Sequence record: OZ346201.1
Origin: a phage
DNA: 64,000 nt
Reading direction: 5' to 3' (one strand)
Shown: one piece after another, positions 20,027 to 29,457 of the stretch
Layout: the number at the start of each line of letters is the position of its first letter
Position numbering within the stretch: the first letter of the stretch is position 1
Position numbers and translations under genes: made by a program
Notes under the pieces: generated by a model
What the model was told of the DNA's origin: nothing
The model's database searches: none
The model's input: only the letters and a program-made list of their open reading frames with translations

Positions 20027-23000
20027 ATGGCTGATATTAAAGTTGTCAGAATTGAATCTCTTCCTGCCACTACCGCAGTGACAGAGGATGATTACCTGGT
20101 TGTTCAACAACCAGACCTGACCCGTCGTGTAAAAATTGGCGATGTTGTCCATGTGGATGGGACTGTTTCTCATGTAATCTCCTTTAAGGAAGGTGGTAAG
20201 TTAAACGGCCCAATGGATTTTGCCTATTTCGAAGAGGAAGATCTCTACCTGCGTTGGAAAGGCGAATTTCCACACACTGTTCCTGCACTATCTTCACCGT
20301 ACTCAGATGGTGGGATTACTGACGCTGCATGGATGGTATATACTGACCCGTCCCTAAGGGAGGAGCTGGAATCTACCATTGGCGCATCTATGATCATGAC
20401 AGCCGAAGGGCAGTCTGTCCAGGATGTAATGGATGTTACTGTTCAGACAGCTAACGATGCTAAAGCACTTGCACAGCGTGTAGATTTTGGTACGGTGCAC
20501 ACTGTAGGTGATGTTATTCACCTTGATAACTTTGTGGGTCCTGCAGTTATTGAAGAGGGAAGAACCACCAACTACCCTTCTGTAGCAGCTGGTGAAAAAT
20601 TTCTGAACGGTGTGGTATCTCGTCGTGATACTACAACTGTTGATGGTATTTTCCGTGGCGCTACCTCCGGAGCCATGTATACCATTGCAGTAACCAACGG
20701 TGTAGCAACAACAAAAAGAATAGCACTTCGTGATGAATTTAAACGCCTAGAGGCAAACAACCCAACAAGAACAGTTATCCGTGCTGGAGATGATTTAAAC
20801 ACGGCAGGGTACTTGCAGCTTGATGCAACAGGCCGTTGGGGTATGTGGAACCAACAAACAGCCTCGTGGCAACCTCTTGCTATAGAGCAAGGCGGTACAG
20901 GGGCCAGAGATGCCGCTGGAGTGCGTATCAATATTGGGGCTTTCTATAAGCAACGTGCAGCCCTTGAGCCCAATTTCAATATCAATAACTTGACTGGTAA
21001 TCAGGATGGTGTATACTACCAGCCGAGGACTGCTTATGCAACTGAGGCAAATGGTTACCCTGCAGGTTCTGGTGCTGGTCACTTGATTGTCTGGCAGAAC
21101 AATGCTAACGGAGGTACAGGTTGTCGTCAGGAATACTATCCATTCTCTAACGTAGATGTTTGGTATTTGAGAACCTATCAGGCCAACACAAACCAGTGGA
21201 CTGCATGGCAGCCGATGGTCAGACCTCGTAACGATGATACCTTCAGATCTCATATTGGTCTCGGGCCTAGAAATACCCCTACCTTCGGGCACATTTACCT
21301 GTCTCAAAGTTCTGCTGATGTTAAGTCAGCCTCGGGTATTGTTAACGGGGACAAATACAGCGCTGACGGTGTCCTTGAGCATGGATATAGGATCTATTCT
21401 GAGGTAAGAAACGACAATAAGGCTTGGCTGACAATCCACCTGCACAAAGGTGCAAAAGGATCTGAAACTCATAAATATTTAGGTTTCCGCGAAGACGGCG
21501 TATTAGACTGCCCTAAATATATGCAGGTTGGGGATCTTACTGGTCAGCTGACAAACTGGGGACTTGGAGAATGGATTCGTAGTTCAGGAGCAGAAAGAGG
21601 CTTCTGGGGGTCCAAGAAAGCCGCCAAGATGGTTATCTGGGATGGTGGGATGGACGAATCCGGTAACGGCACTCTGGAATGGGGTGTTTATAACAACCGG
21701 AAGGCCAAGTGGGAACCTCTACCTCAAGCCGCAGGTGGCACTGGGGCTACAACTTTAGCAGATGCTCAGAATCTGTTCAAAGTTCCTGTAGCGGCAGGCG
21801 TAAAAGACTTCTTAACACTGCCAAGAACTGCAGGAATGGAAGATGGGAAATACTACCCAATCATCGTTAGAACAGATCCGTATTACGCCCTTTCGACAGG
21901 TACAGATATTACTATAGTCACCAGGTCTTCATCTGGAAATGACCCTATGAACTGTGCCACCCTGCAGTGTCATTATAGAACTGGTGGCTGGACGGACAGG
22001 GGAGATTCTTTCCAAGGGGTTATTAATTTCTACCAAAACGAGAGAGCAATTCTTGGGTGTGTGGCTCCAACCAGAGGGAAGCAGGCGTATGTTGCATTCT
22101 ATGTTGAGGCGCGTGCTTTCCCTGTCAGTGTCTACGCAAGCAGAAACGTTCTTGAGGTATTTACCAGAGAAAATGACTGGCAGGTAGGGGATGTGACTAA
22201 CAACCAAAATGGTGTCAAGTTTTGCGCCCCTCTTGCGTCAGATAATTTAAGTCTTGCAATTAAAGGTGATGATGTAACAAACACCAGACCTCTTGCTGAG
22301 TTCAAGGGAACATCAGGGTTCTATACGGGTGGTGCTACAGGCTGGCACTATGTAGGCACACCTGACAGAATGGTTCTGATGAGTAAGACAGAGATGCCTC
22401 CTGTAGAGATGTGGTACAATGGTCTTAACTACATTTGCCCAGGTAGCCAAACCACTAGAAAAGCACTGTTCTCTAACGCAGGGTTCCAAGCTGCATCGGA
22501 AGGAACAGAGGATCTGATCAATAATACCTTTACCTCTAAATGCGGTAATGGTGCAAGACTGCAGGGACAGGCAGAGTTCAGATCCACCCCAGAGGCTGGT
22601 CAAGTTATTGTTCGTGATATTGTAGGCACAGCCCATAGATTCTACAACTTCAACAAAGATGGCACTTTCTCAGCTCCGGGCGGTTTTGTATGCCACACGG
22701 GTGCAGACTGGAACAACCAGTTTGGGCCTAACAACCCGTCAAAAATAATAGCTGGTAATGTTAACGGCCCACAAGATACCATGGTTGTAGGCGGGTTATC
22801 TGTAGGATTCTCGGGAAACTACGCTTTCCAGATTGCTGGCAGACAAAGTAACTTATACACCAGGTCTATAGAAGGTGGTAATCACCATCCCTGGAATAAG
22901 GCCATGCAACACAGGGGTCAAGGTCTTGGTTCTTCAGACCTTAACACCTATCACGGATTGTGGGAAGGTATTTACCATCAGCCTGCAAATAATGATGCAA

Positions 23001-23845
23001 CATATGATCGTCATTATCCCGTAAATGAGGCCGGAACACTTATTGTGTTGCAAAATAACGCCAATAACGGTAATGGGTGTGTTCAAGAGTATATTACCTA
23101 CCATGGCGATAGATTCACACGTTATGGGAATATGGTGAAACAGGTCTTCACTTGGGGCCCGTGGACTCAAACAGGTGGTAATGGTGTTAGCTTCAGGTAT
23201 GGAGGAACAACCCCAGAAGGGGAAATACCAACCCCAGAGTTAAAGGTGTATATTTCTGGAAGCCATGTTACTAATAACGGTGGCAACATGCCTGCTAATG
23301 CCGCCCATATGTATTATTGGGGTAACGGCAGCACAGGAGATCGTCCAAACGTGTTAGAGTTTAAGGTTCTTGACGAGTCTCAATCAAATTGGGTATGGCA
23401 TTGCGGTACCTTGCCGGATAAATCAAGATATCTTTCTGTAAACGGCGCTGTGAATTGCACATCTGTCAATCAGAGTTCTGACAGAGACCTGAAAGATAAC
23501 ATAGCTGTTATTCCTGATGCGTTAGAAGCTATCCGGAAGATGAAGGGTTATACTTACACTCTTAAAGAGAACGGTATGCCTTATGCAGGTGTTATAGCAC
23601 AAGAAGTGCTTGAAGCTCTGCCGGAAGCGGTTAGCTCTTTCGTGCAAAGAAAGGAAATCCCAAACCCTGATCAAGATGGAACTCCTTTGATAACAGAGGA
23701 AAGATTCTACAGCGTGGATTACGCAGCTGTAACAGGCTTGCTTGTCCAGGTTTGCAGGGAACAGGATGATAAAATAACCGCCCTTGAGGAGCAGGTTAAA
23801 AAATTGACAGAGGTTGTTACTGGGTTGCAAGAGAAATTGAAGTAA
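20027..23845 (+). CDS. tail fibre/tailspike with C-terminal intramolecular chaperone domain
   Basis: 1272 aa; C-terminal 120 aa (SDRDLKDNIAVIPDALEAIRKMKGYTYTLKE...coiled coil) match the autoproteolytic chaperone domain of endosialidase-type fibres (peptidase S74 family). Confidence 0.7.
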   Translation: MADIKVVRIESLPATTAVTEDDYLVVQQPDLTRRVKIGDVVHVDGTVSHVISFKEGGKLNGPMDFAYFEEEDLYLRWKGEFPHTVPALSSPYSDGGITDAAWMVYTDPSLREELESTIGASMIMTAEGQSVQDVMDVTVQTANDAKALAQRVDFGTVHTVGDVIHLDNFVGPAVIEEGRTTNYPSVAAGEKFLNGVVSRRDTTTVDGIFRGATSGAMYTIAVTNGVATTKRIALRDEFKRLEANNPTRTVIRAGDDLNTAGYLQLDATGRWGMWNQQTASWQPLAIEQGGTGARDAAGVRINIGAFYKQRAALEPNFNINNLTGNQDGVYYQPRTAYATEANGYPAGSGAGHLIVWQNNANGGTGCRQEYYPFSNVDVWYLRTYQANTNQWTAWQPMVRPRNDDTFRSHIGLGPRNTPTFGHIYLSQSSADVKSASGIVNGDKYSADGVLEHGYRIYSEVRNDNKAWLTIHLHKGAKGSETHKYLGFREDGVLDCPKYMQVGDLTGQLTNWGLGEWIRSSGAERGFWGSKKAAKMVIWDGGMDESGNGTLEWGVYNNRKAKWEPLPQAAGGTGATTLADAQNLFKVPVAAGVKDFLTLPRTAGMEDGKYYPIIVRTDPYYALSTGTDITIVTRSSSGNDPMNCATLQCHYRTGGWTDRGDSFQGVINFYQNERAILGCVAPTRGKQAYVAFYVEARAFPVSVYASRNVLEVFTRENDWQVGDVTNNQNGVKFCAPLASDNLSLAIKGDDVTNTRPLAEFKGTSGFYTGGATGWHYVGTPDRMVLMSKTEMPPVEMWYNGLNYICPGSQTTRKALFSNAGFQAASEGTEDLINNTFTSKCGNGARLQGQAEFRSTPEAGQVIVRDIVGTAHRFYNFNKDGTFSAPGGFVCHTGADWNNQFGPNNPSKIIAGNVNGPQDTMVVGGLSVGFSGNYAFQIAGRQSNLYTRSIEGGNHHPWNKAMQHRGQGLGSSDLNTYHGLWEGIYHQPANNDATYDRHYPVNEAGTLIVLQNNANNGNGCVQEYITYHGDRFTRYGNMVKQVFTWGPWTQTGGNGVSFRYGGTTPEGEIPTPELKVYISGSHVTNNGGNMPANAAHMYYWGNGSTGDRPNVLEFKVLDESQSNWVWHCGTLPDKSRYLSVNGAVNCTSVNQSSDRDLKDNIAVIPDALEAIRKMKGYTYTLKENGMPYAGVIAQEVLEALPEAVSSFVQRKEIPNPDQDGTPLITEERFYSVDYAAVTGLLVQVCREQDDKITALEEQVKKLTEVVTGLQEKLK

Positions 23846-23852
23846 CTGTTTT

Positions 23853-23880
23853 GCCCTCGCTTCGGCGGGGGCTTTTTGTT
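23853..23880 (+). terminator. intrinsic terminator after fibre gene
   Basis: GCCCTCGC-TTCG-GCGGGGGC followed by TTTTTGTTTG. Confidence 0.65.
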
Positions 23881-23884
23881 TGTA

Positions 23885-23913
23885 TTGCGTATTAACTCAA
23901 AATCTGGTAAAAT
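23885..23913 (+). promoter_or_regulatory. sigma70-like promoter TTGCGT-N17-TAAAAT
   Basis: -35 TTGCGT, 17-nt spacer, -10 TAAAAT in GGTAAAATAAC context. Confidence 0.45.
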
Positions 23914-23944
23914 AACTATCATGATTGTTTAACCCGGAGGCACA

Positions 23945-24535
23945 ATGTTTTTATGGGAAAGGCCTAGATACCTTCCAGATATTAGATTGGAGCTGCTGGC
24001 AGATATTGTTACGTTTAAAAGTCCGTTTACAGGTAAAACGCAAAAAGTAACCTATGCCACACCTAATTGGAAAGGCACTTTGACGGTCTCTAATATCAGC
24101 GAGTCACAGTTGTTAGAGCTTAAGAGCTTTGTTGATCAGGTGTATAAAGATGGAAACATCTTTCTTATTAAAACTTACGGTCACTCAGTAACAGCTAATG
24201 AGCCAATCGCCCTGGGGCCTACTGGTAACGACGATTTTTTGAAGACGGTTGGGTGGGAGCCAAACAGAGACATAGCTAGAGCTGGCGATAAAATATCTGT
24301 CAATGATGAGTTGAAAGTGGTAACAGCTCCAGTGCGCAGCGATGGTGTTGGGGCTGCTGTTATAAGCATATCTCCAAGACTTAGAAAACCTATTGCCGCA
24401 GGGGACACTATGAAGATAATAACTCAATCCCCGAAGGGTAGGTTTCATATCAGAGATATTCATAAAATTAAGCAAAAAGTCGATGCTATGCAAAAAGGTG
24501 ATAATATAGTTATCAACTTCTTTGAGGATTTCTAA
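23945..24535 (+). CDS. putative minor tail protein (tip module)
   Basis: 196 aa, RBS GGAGG; first gene of a four-gene block ending in the J-like protein. Confidence 0.4.
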   Translation: MFLWERPRYLPDIRLELLADIVTFKSPFTGKTQKVTYATPNWKGTLTVSNISESQLLELKSFVDQVYKDGNIFLIKTYGHSVTANEPIALGPTGNDDFLKTVGWEPNRDIARAGDKISVNDELKVVTAPVRSDGVGAAVISISPRLRKPIAAGDTMKIITQSPKGRFHIRDIHKIKQKVDAMQKGDNIVINFFEDF

Positions 24536-24536
24536 G

Positions 24537-25088
24537 ATGATCAGAGCGCCATTAGATAATTTATTTCTTGAAAAGCTGGAGCTTGATGGTGTTGAGATTT
24601 TAATTGCTGCAAAGCTAGAGCTACCGACAGGAACTGTCAGGGTGTGCTCAGGCACTGGTGTGGTAGTAATTGAGGGGCAACATTTTATAGGGATAGGTGG
24701 ATCAGCAACATTAACTGCTGTGTCTGAGAAAGATGCCACCAACTTCGGATCTGTGGTAGCGACATTGAACGGGTTTGATCCTAAGTATGTGGGTGATCTG
24801 CTGAAGACGGAGTATTCTGGTTGTCGTGCTACGTTGTACATTACCGCTATGGAGAATGGTCTGCCTGTTACAACTAATGGCTTGTTTGACGGCCTTATAA
24901 CAGATATGGCTATTCAGACAGGTGAGAATAGTGCTTTGTCCATATCCATCTCTTCCATCTTCAACAGTTGGTTAAGAGGTTTTCCTTATCGGTACACGGA
25001 GGAAAGCCACAGCTCAAGAAACGATAATGACAGATTTTTTAAATATGTGGATCAGGTGGCGAGCCGCCCGATCATTTGGGAGGTTTAA
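24537..25088 (+). CDS. putative minor tail protein (lambda gpL-like position)
   Basis: Track ORF starts at a TTG at 24522; ATG 24537 after GAGGA is preferred. Confidence 0.4.
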   Translation: MIRAPLDNLFLEKLELDGVEILIAAKLELPTGTVRVCSGTGVVVIEGQHFIGIGGSATLTAVSEKDATNFGSVVATLNGFDPKYVGDLLKTEYSGCRATLYITAMENGLPVTTNGLFDGLITDMAIQTGENSALSISISSIFNSWLRGFPYRYTEESHSSRNDNDRFFKYVDQVASRPIIWEV

Positions 25089-25513
25089 TGAGCACACACC
25101 CTCGTTTAGTGGATTGGCAAGAAAGATTGTGGAAAGTGTTTGACGAAGAGGCCACCATACCTTTTGAATGGGGATTCCACGATTGTTGCACCTTTGCAGC
25201 TAAGTGTGTTGATGCCCAATACGGAACAGATTTTCTTTCTAACTTCGAAGGAACGTATAAAACAGAGTTGGAAAGCAAAAGATGGTGCATGCTTCGTTTC
25301 AAAACTACACACCTGCCTACTATTTTTGATCTCTTTATGACTCGACTGGATACTCCTAAACAGGTTCAGCGTGGCGATATTGTTATTTTCGAAGGTCTGA
25401 ACGGGCTCACCGCTGGTGTGTTCTGGAACAACCAGATTTGGGCGAAAGGTGATAAAGGGGTCTTTATGTTCGACATGAAAGATTCTATCGTTGTTGATGT
25501 CTGGAGGTATTGA
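25088..25513 (+). CDS. putative tail protein (lambda gpK-like position)
   Basis: Track ORF starts at a TTG at 25076; ATG 25088 after GGGAGG, overlapping the upstream stop (TAATG). Contains an HDCC motif. Confidence 0.35.
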   Translation: MSTHPRLVDWQERLWKVFDEEATIPFEWGFHDCCTFAAKCVDAQYGTDFLSNFEGTYKTELESKRWCMLRFKTTHLPTIFDLFMTRLDTPKQVQRGDIVIFEGLNGLTAGVFWNNQIWAKGDKGVFMFDMKDSIVVDVWRY

Positions 25514-28500
25514 TGCCAATTGCAATGATTGATAACATCGTTGCTTCTGCAAGATCTTCAAGTTATGACTGGAACGCATCCAAGGCAGCTCTGGCTGACA
25601 GCCTGAACACTGTGACCACCAGAACTTTGGATAAGATTTTTGAGGGCAACAAATCTTACAGAAGTCAGCAAGATAGACAAAAGCTTCTCAGATCTTCTGC
25701 TGCACCTTGCTCTGTAGTGTATGGAAAGACACGCACATCTGGATTGCTTGCGTTTTTGGAGCAGGATAGCGACAGAACCCTCCATTGTGCTATTGTTCTT
25801 GCCAATCACCCTCTGGAAGGTATAGAAGATATACTTATCGACGGTAATCCTATTTCCTCGTATGGAGATCTGGTATCGTGGGAGCTACATAACGACAGAA
25901 AAACATCTGATCCTTTCATGGGTACACACTGCCCATCATGGTCACCTGACATGATAGGTAGAGGGATCAGTTGGCTACGTGCCAGCTTCAGGTTTGACCC
26001 TAACAAGTTTCCTTTTGGGTTGCCAAACGTTACACTCGTCAAGATTGGTAAAAAATGCTATGATCCTCGTATCAGTAAAGAGGTGTACACCAATAACGCT
26101 GCCTTGGTGATCCTAGACTATTTAAGAACGTACCTTAAATGTCCTGACGAAACCATCAACTGGGAGTCCTTCAAGGAGGCTGCCAACATATGCGACGAGG
26201 CGGTAAAAAACGCAGACGGAACCAGTGAGCGCCGTTACACCATTAACGGTGAGTTTGACATGGATGAGGCCCCAGCAAGTATTATGGCAGAAATGCTGAA
26301 AGCTTGCGGTGCAGATCTTAGTTATGTTGCTGGTAAGTATGGTTTGCTGGTTGGTGCATACTATGGCCCAGCAACAATGACACTTAGTGAGGACTGTGTC
26401 TGTGGTGAGGTTAAGATCTATCCGGAAGCCTCATTTGACAAAAGATCCAACACAATAACTGGCAGATTCACTAGCCCGACCAAAGGGTATTCTGAAACAG
26501 ATTTTCCATCAGTGTTTGTCCCAGAGTGGATAGAGAAGGATGGAGAAAGAAAGATAATCGATATAGATTATCGCTTTGTTACCAGTCCTTATCAAGCTCA
26601 GCGTGTTTCTGCAATCTTCCTAAGACGTGCTAGAGCTGGCAGGATTATTGAAGTCACCTGCAATATGCGAGGTTTTAAATTTAAGCCTGGCCGTTATGTT
26701 ACAATGGACCTCCCAAGTATTGGTATCGTGGGCCAAGAAATGAGGGTTCTTGAATGGGAGTTCACCAAAAAGGGCGGTGTCAAGGTAAAACTTCGTCAAG
26801 ATGCTAAAGAGTGGAATGATGCCACAGGGCAACTTCCGGATTCCGGCGATGTAGATATTCCGATATCCCCGTCCGGTGTAGCTCAGCCGCAAAACTTCAG
26901 ATACTCCGTTCTCCAAGCTGGGGAAGTAACTCACGGTGTTTTGGCCTGGGACAACGTTGGGACTTACGCTCAAAATATTGTGCAGGTAAGAAAGAACGGA
27001 GAGATTGTTTGGACAGCACAGACAGTTGAGCAGTTTGTCCGTGTTGAAGGTCTGACTAAAGGTTCCTACACAGCCACTGTTGTTGCAACATCTTATAAAG
27101 GTGGTGTATCTCCAGAAGCGTATTGTGAGTTTAACATTCAGGCACCTGAAGCTCCGGTTTCTGTAGAGGTTAAGCAAGGATACTTTGCTATCACCTTGAT
27201 TCCGCATAGTAGGGATTTAGCAAGTGTTAGCACCCAGTATGACTTTTGGACATCCGGTATGACAAGGTTGCCCGACACCAGTGATGCAACCGTTACTTCA
27301 AACGCCACCCGTATGGGTGTTGGTTCAACTTGGACATCTGAAGGTCTGCAGAACGATAAGGTTTATTATTGGTATATTCGAACCACAAACGCTTTTGGTA
27401 GTTCTCAGTTTGTAGAATGCGCTGCACGCTGCTACACCTCTATTGAGGATTTGATGCCTCAGATAGATGCTGAATTCAAAAAGACAGAAACTTATAAAGA
27501 GTTGATGAGCACTTTGGATTCCTCTATTGAAGAGGTTGAAAATCGTGTCACAGAACTTAACAGGTACATGGATGGTAGGGTAGATGAGGCATTCCAGCAA
27601 CTTGGAGACAGAATAGGTGCGGTAGTTACAGAGACAACTCAGAAGTTTGAGGATGTCAATGGCAATATCACAGCGCTGGATAGGAAACTTGTTGCTGCAC
27701 AGAACAAGTTCACCAACGATCTGAACACTGAAAGTGGAAGATTGGCATCCCTGATTGAGACAACCAATAAAGCAACTACTGATCTTCTGAACAAAAAGAC
27801 AGAGGCTTTAGATGAGAAATTGGTTGCCGCCAAAGGTGAGCTGGTAGAGCAGATAGAGGGAGTTGAGAGCGGGTATTTAGCCGGAGATAAAACTCTGGAT
27901 GGTAAGATCAATACTCAGAGAACAGAACTTGACGCAAGCATCTTGAGCACTAACCAGGCCACTGTGGATCTTTTGAACAGGACATCTGAAACTCTGGATC
28001 AAAAGATTAGTCAGACAAACGCGACGGTATTTAAAAACTATACCACCCTTGACGGCAAGATAACTACCGCAAAAACTGACCTCAACACCTTGATTGCCAA
28101 TACCAACAAGGCCACCACTGACTTGTTGAATCAGAAAACATCTGCACTGTCAGAGCAGATAACTTCTGCACGTGGGGAGATTTCTACCAACAAGCAAGCG
28201 ATTGATGCTTTGGATGGAAAACTGACCTCCACAAAAACAGCGCTGGATGCTACAATTTCCGATACCAATAAAGCCACTGTGGATCTTATCAACGGCACAG
28301 CGTCAGCTATTCGTCAAGAACTTGCTGTTGCTAAGCAGGAGATCATTGATGATGTTGGGGATGTGTCTGAGATCAGGGCTGCAGTAGCTACAACATCTAA
28401 GGCTGTAACCGACTTAGAGGGTAAAGTAAATGCTCAATGGGGCACAAAAATACAGGTAGACTCCGCAGGGAATAAATATGTTGCAGGTATTCAGTTGGGG

Positions 28501-29352
28501 ATGGAAGGGTCTGGAGGCCAAGTTCAATCCTACTTCATGGTTAGCGCAAACAATTTTGCGGTATACAACCCTGGCAATGGAACAGCAACCCTTGCTTTCG
28601 CAATCAAGAACAACCAAGCGTTCTTGAAAGACGCTTTTATAGAGAATGGCACGATCTCCTCTGCCAAGATTGCACAAGAAATTTCGTCAAACAACTACGA
28701 TGGCAACGGGTACCATAAATACGGTTGGTATATTAACAAGAACGGGCACGCCCAATTTATGGATGTGTGGGTGAAAGGCAACATCAACGCCAGTTCTGGT
28801 AACTTCACAGGGGCAGTTAACGCCACTAGTGGTACCTTCCGTGGGGATGTTTATGCCAATAATGGTAGCTTTAGAGGCACCATAGATGCAACCGGAGGTA
28901 CCTTCCGTGGTCGTGTAGAAGCTTCTGTTATCCGCGCTAACCAGTTCGAAGGTGCAATTGTTGCACACAGGACTTACGGAGATTGTGCTCCAGTATATAA
29001 CTCCCAGCAAAGGGTTTGCCGTTGGAGGTGGAGATACGTAGATAACGTTTCAGGTCAGGGTAAGAACGTAACATTCTTCTTTAAACTGAATGGTACTCTT
29101 GCCAGCTCTCAGCTTAACGTTTGGATAGCCGGACATCAAATCCTTGCAGGTAAGAAGTACGGAAACGACAACAACGGCATGTGTGCGGTAGGGATAACGG
29201 GTCTTGGTGAACAAACCATAGATATTGTTGTTGAAATCTACACACCATGGTCAACGTCTTCTGTAACAGGGGTCGCAATATCCTGTCCTACTGTTGTGGT
29301 AAGCCGTTCTAACTCTAGTTTCCAAGGACCTTGGAACGAGTCTCACGACTAA
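25513..29352 (+). CDS. host-specificity / central tail fibre protein (lambda J-like)
   Basis: About 1279 aa from ATG 25513 after GGAGG. N-terminal region typical of J-like tip proteins, central 55-aa imperfect repeats, C-terminal Gly/Asn-rich beta-type region (GNFTGAVNATSGTFRGDVYANNGSFRGTIDATGGTFRG). Confidence 0.6.
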   Translation: MPIAMIDNIVASARSSSYDWNASKAALADSLNTVTTRTLDKIFEGNKSYRSQQDRQKLLRSSAAPCSVVYGKTRTSGLLAFLEQDSDRTLHCAIVLANHPLEGIEDILIDGNPISSYGDLVSWELHNDRKTSDPFMGTHCPSWSPDMIGRGISWLRASFRFDPNKFPFGLPNVTLVKIGKKCYDPRISKEVYTNNAALVILDYLRTYLKCPDETINWESFKEAANICDEAVKNADGTSERRYTINGEFDMDEAPASIMAEMLKACGADLSYVAGKYGLLVGAYYGPATMTLSEDCVCGEVKIYPEASFDKRSNTITGRFTSPTKGYSETDFPSVFVPEWIEKDGERKIIDIDYRFVTSPYQAQRVSAIFLRRARAGRIIEVTCNMRGFKFKPGRYVTMDLPSIGIVGQEMRVLEWEFTKKGGVKVKLRQDAKEWNDATGQLPDSGDVDIPISPSGVAQPQNFRYSVLQAGEVTHGVLAWDNVGTYAQNIVQVRKNGEIVWTAQTVEQFVRVEGLTKGSYTATVVATSYKGGVSPEAYCEFNIQAPEAPVSVEVKQGYFAITLIPHSRDLASVSTQYDFWTSGMTRLPDTSDATVTSNATRMGVGSTWTSEGLQNDKVYYWYIRTTNAFGSSQFVECAARCYTSIEDLMPQIDAEFKKTETYKELMSTLDSSIEEVENRVTELNRYMDGRVDEAFQQLGDRIGAVVTETTQKFEDVNGNITALDRKLVAAQNKFTNDLNTESGRLASLIETTNKATTDLLNKKTEALDEKLVAAKGELVEQIEGVESGYLAGDKTLDGKINTQRTELDASILSTNQATVDLLNRTSETLDQKISQTNATVFKNYTTLDGKITTAKTDLNTLIANTNKATTDLLNQKTSALSEQITSARGEISTNKQAIDALDGKLTSTKTALDATISDTNKATVDLINGTASAIRQELAVAKQEIIDDVGDVSEIRAAVATTSKAVTDLEGKVNAQWGTKIQVDSAGNKYVAGIQLGMEGSGGQVQSYFMVSANNFAVYNPGNGTATLAFAIKNNQAFLKDAFIENGTISSAKIAQEISSNNYDGNGYHKYGWYINKNGHAQFMDVWVKGNINASSGNFTGAVNATSGTFRGDVYANNGSFRGTIDATGGTFRGRVEASVIRANQFEGAIVAHRTYGDCAPVYNSQQRVCRWRWRYVDNVSGQGKNVTFFFKLNGTLASSQLNVWIAGHQILAGKKYGNDNNGMCAVGITGLGEQTIDIVVEIYTPWSTSSVTGVAISCPTVVVSRSNSSFQGPWNESHD
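27740..28380 (+). repeat. intragenic imperfect tandem repeats in J-like gene
   Basis: Four 50-60-aa units of pattern TNKATxDLLNxKTxxLxxxI...LDGKxxTxxTxLDA; corresponding DNA repeats seen near 27770, 28100 and 28260. Confidence 0.5.
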
Positions 29353-29360
29353 CCTTTAAA

Positions 29361-29387
29361 GCCCCGCTTCGGCGGGGTTTATTTTTA
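29361..29387 (+). terminator. intrinsic terminator after J-like gene
   Basis: CCCCGC-TTCG-GCGGGG followed by TTTATTTTTAT. Confidence 0.65.
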
Positions 29388-29395
29388 TGCTCAGA

Positions 29396-29424
29396 TTGAC
29401 TATTGTTACAAAATTTGGTAAAAT
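29396..29424 (+). promoter_or_regulatory. sigma70-like promoter TTGACT-N17-TAAAAT
   Basis: -35 TTGACT, 17-nt spacer, -10 TAAAAT within GGTAAAATAC. Confidence 0.5.
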
Positions 29425-29457
29425 ACCTTGTAGAGATTTTCATACCGGAGGAGTGAC

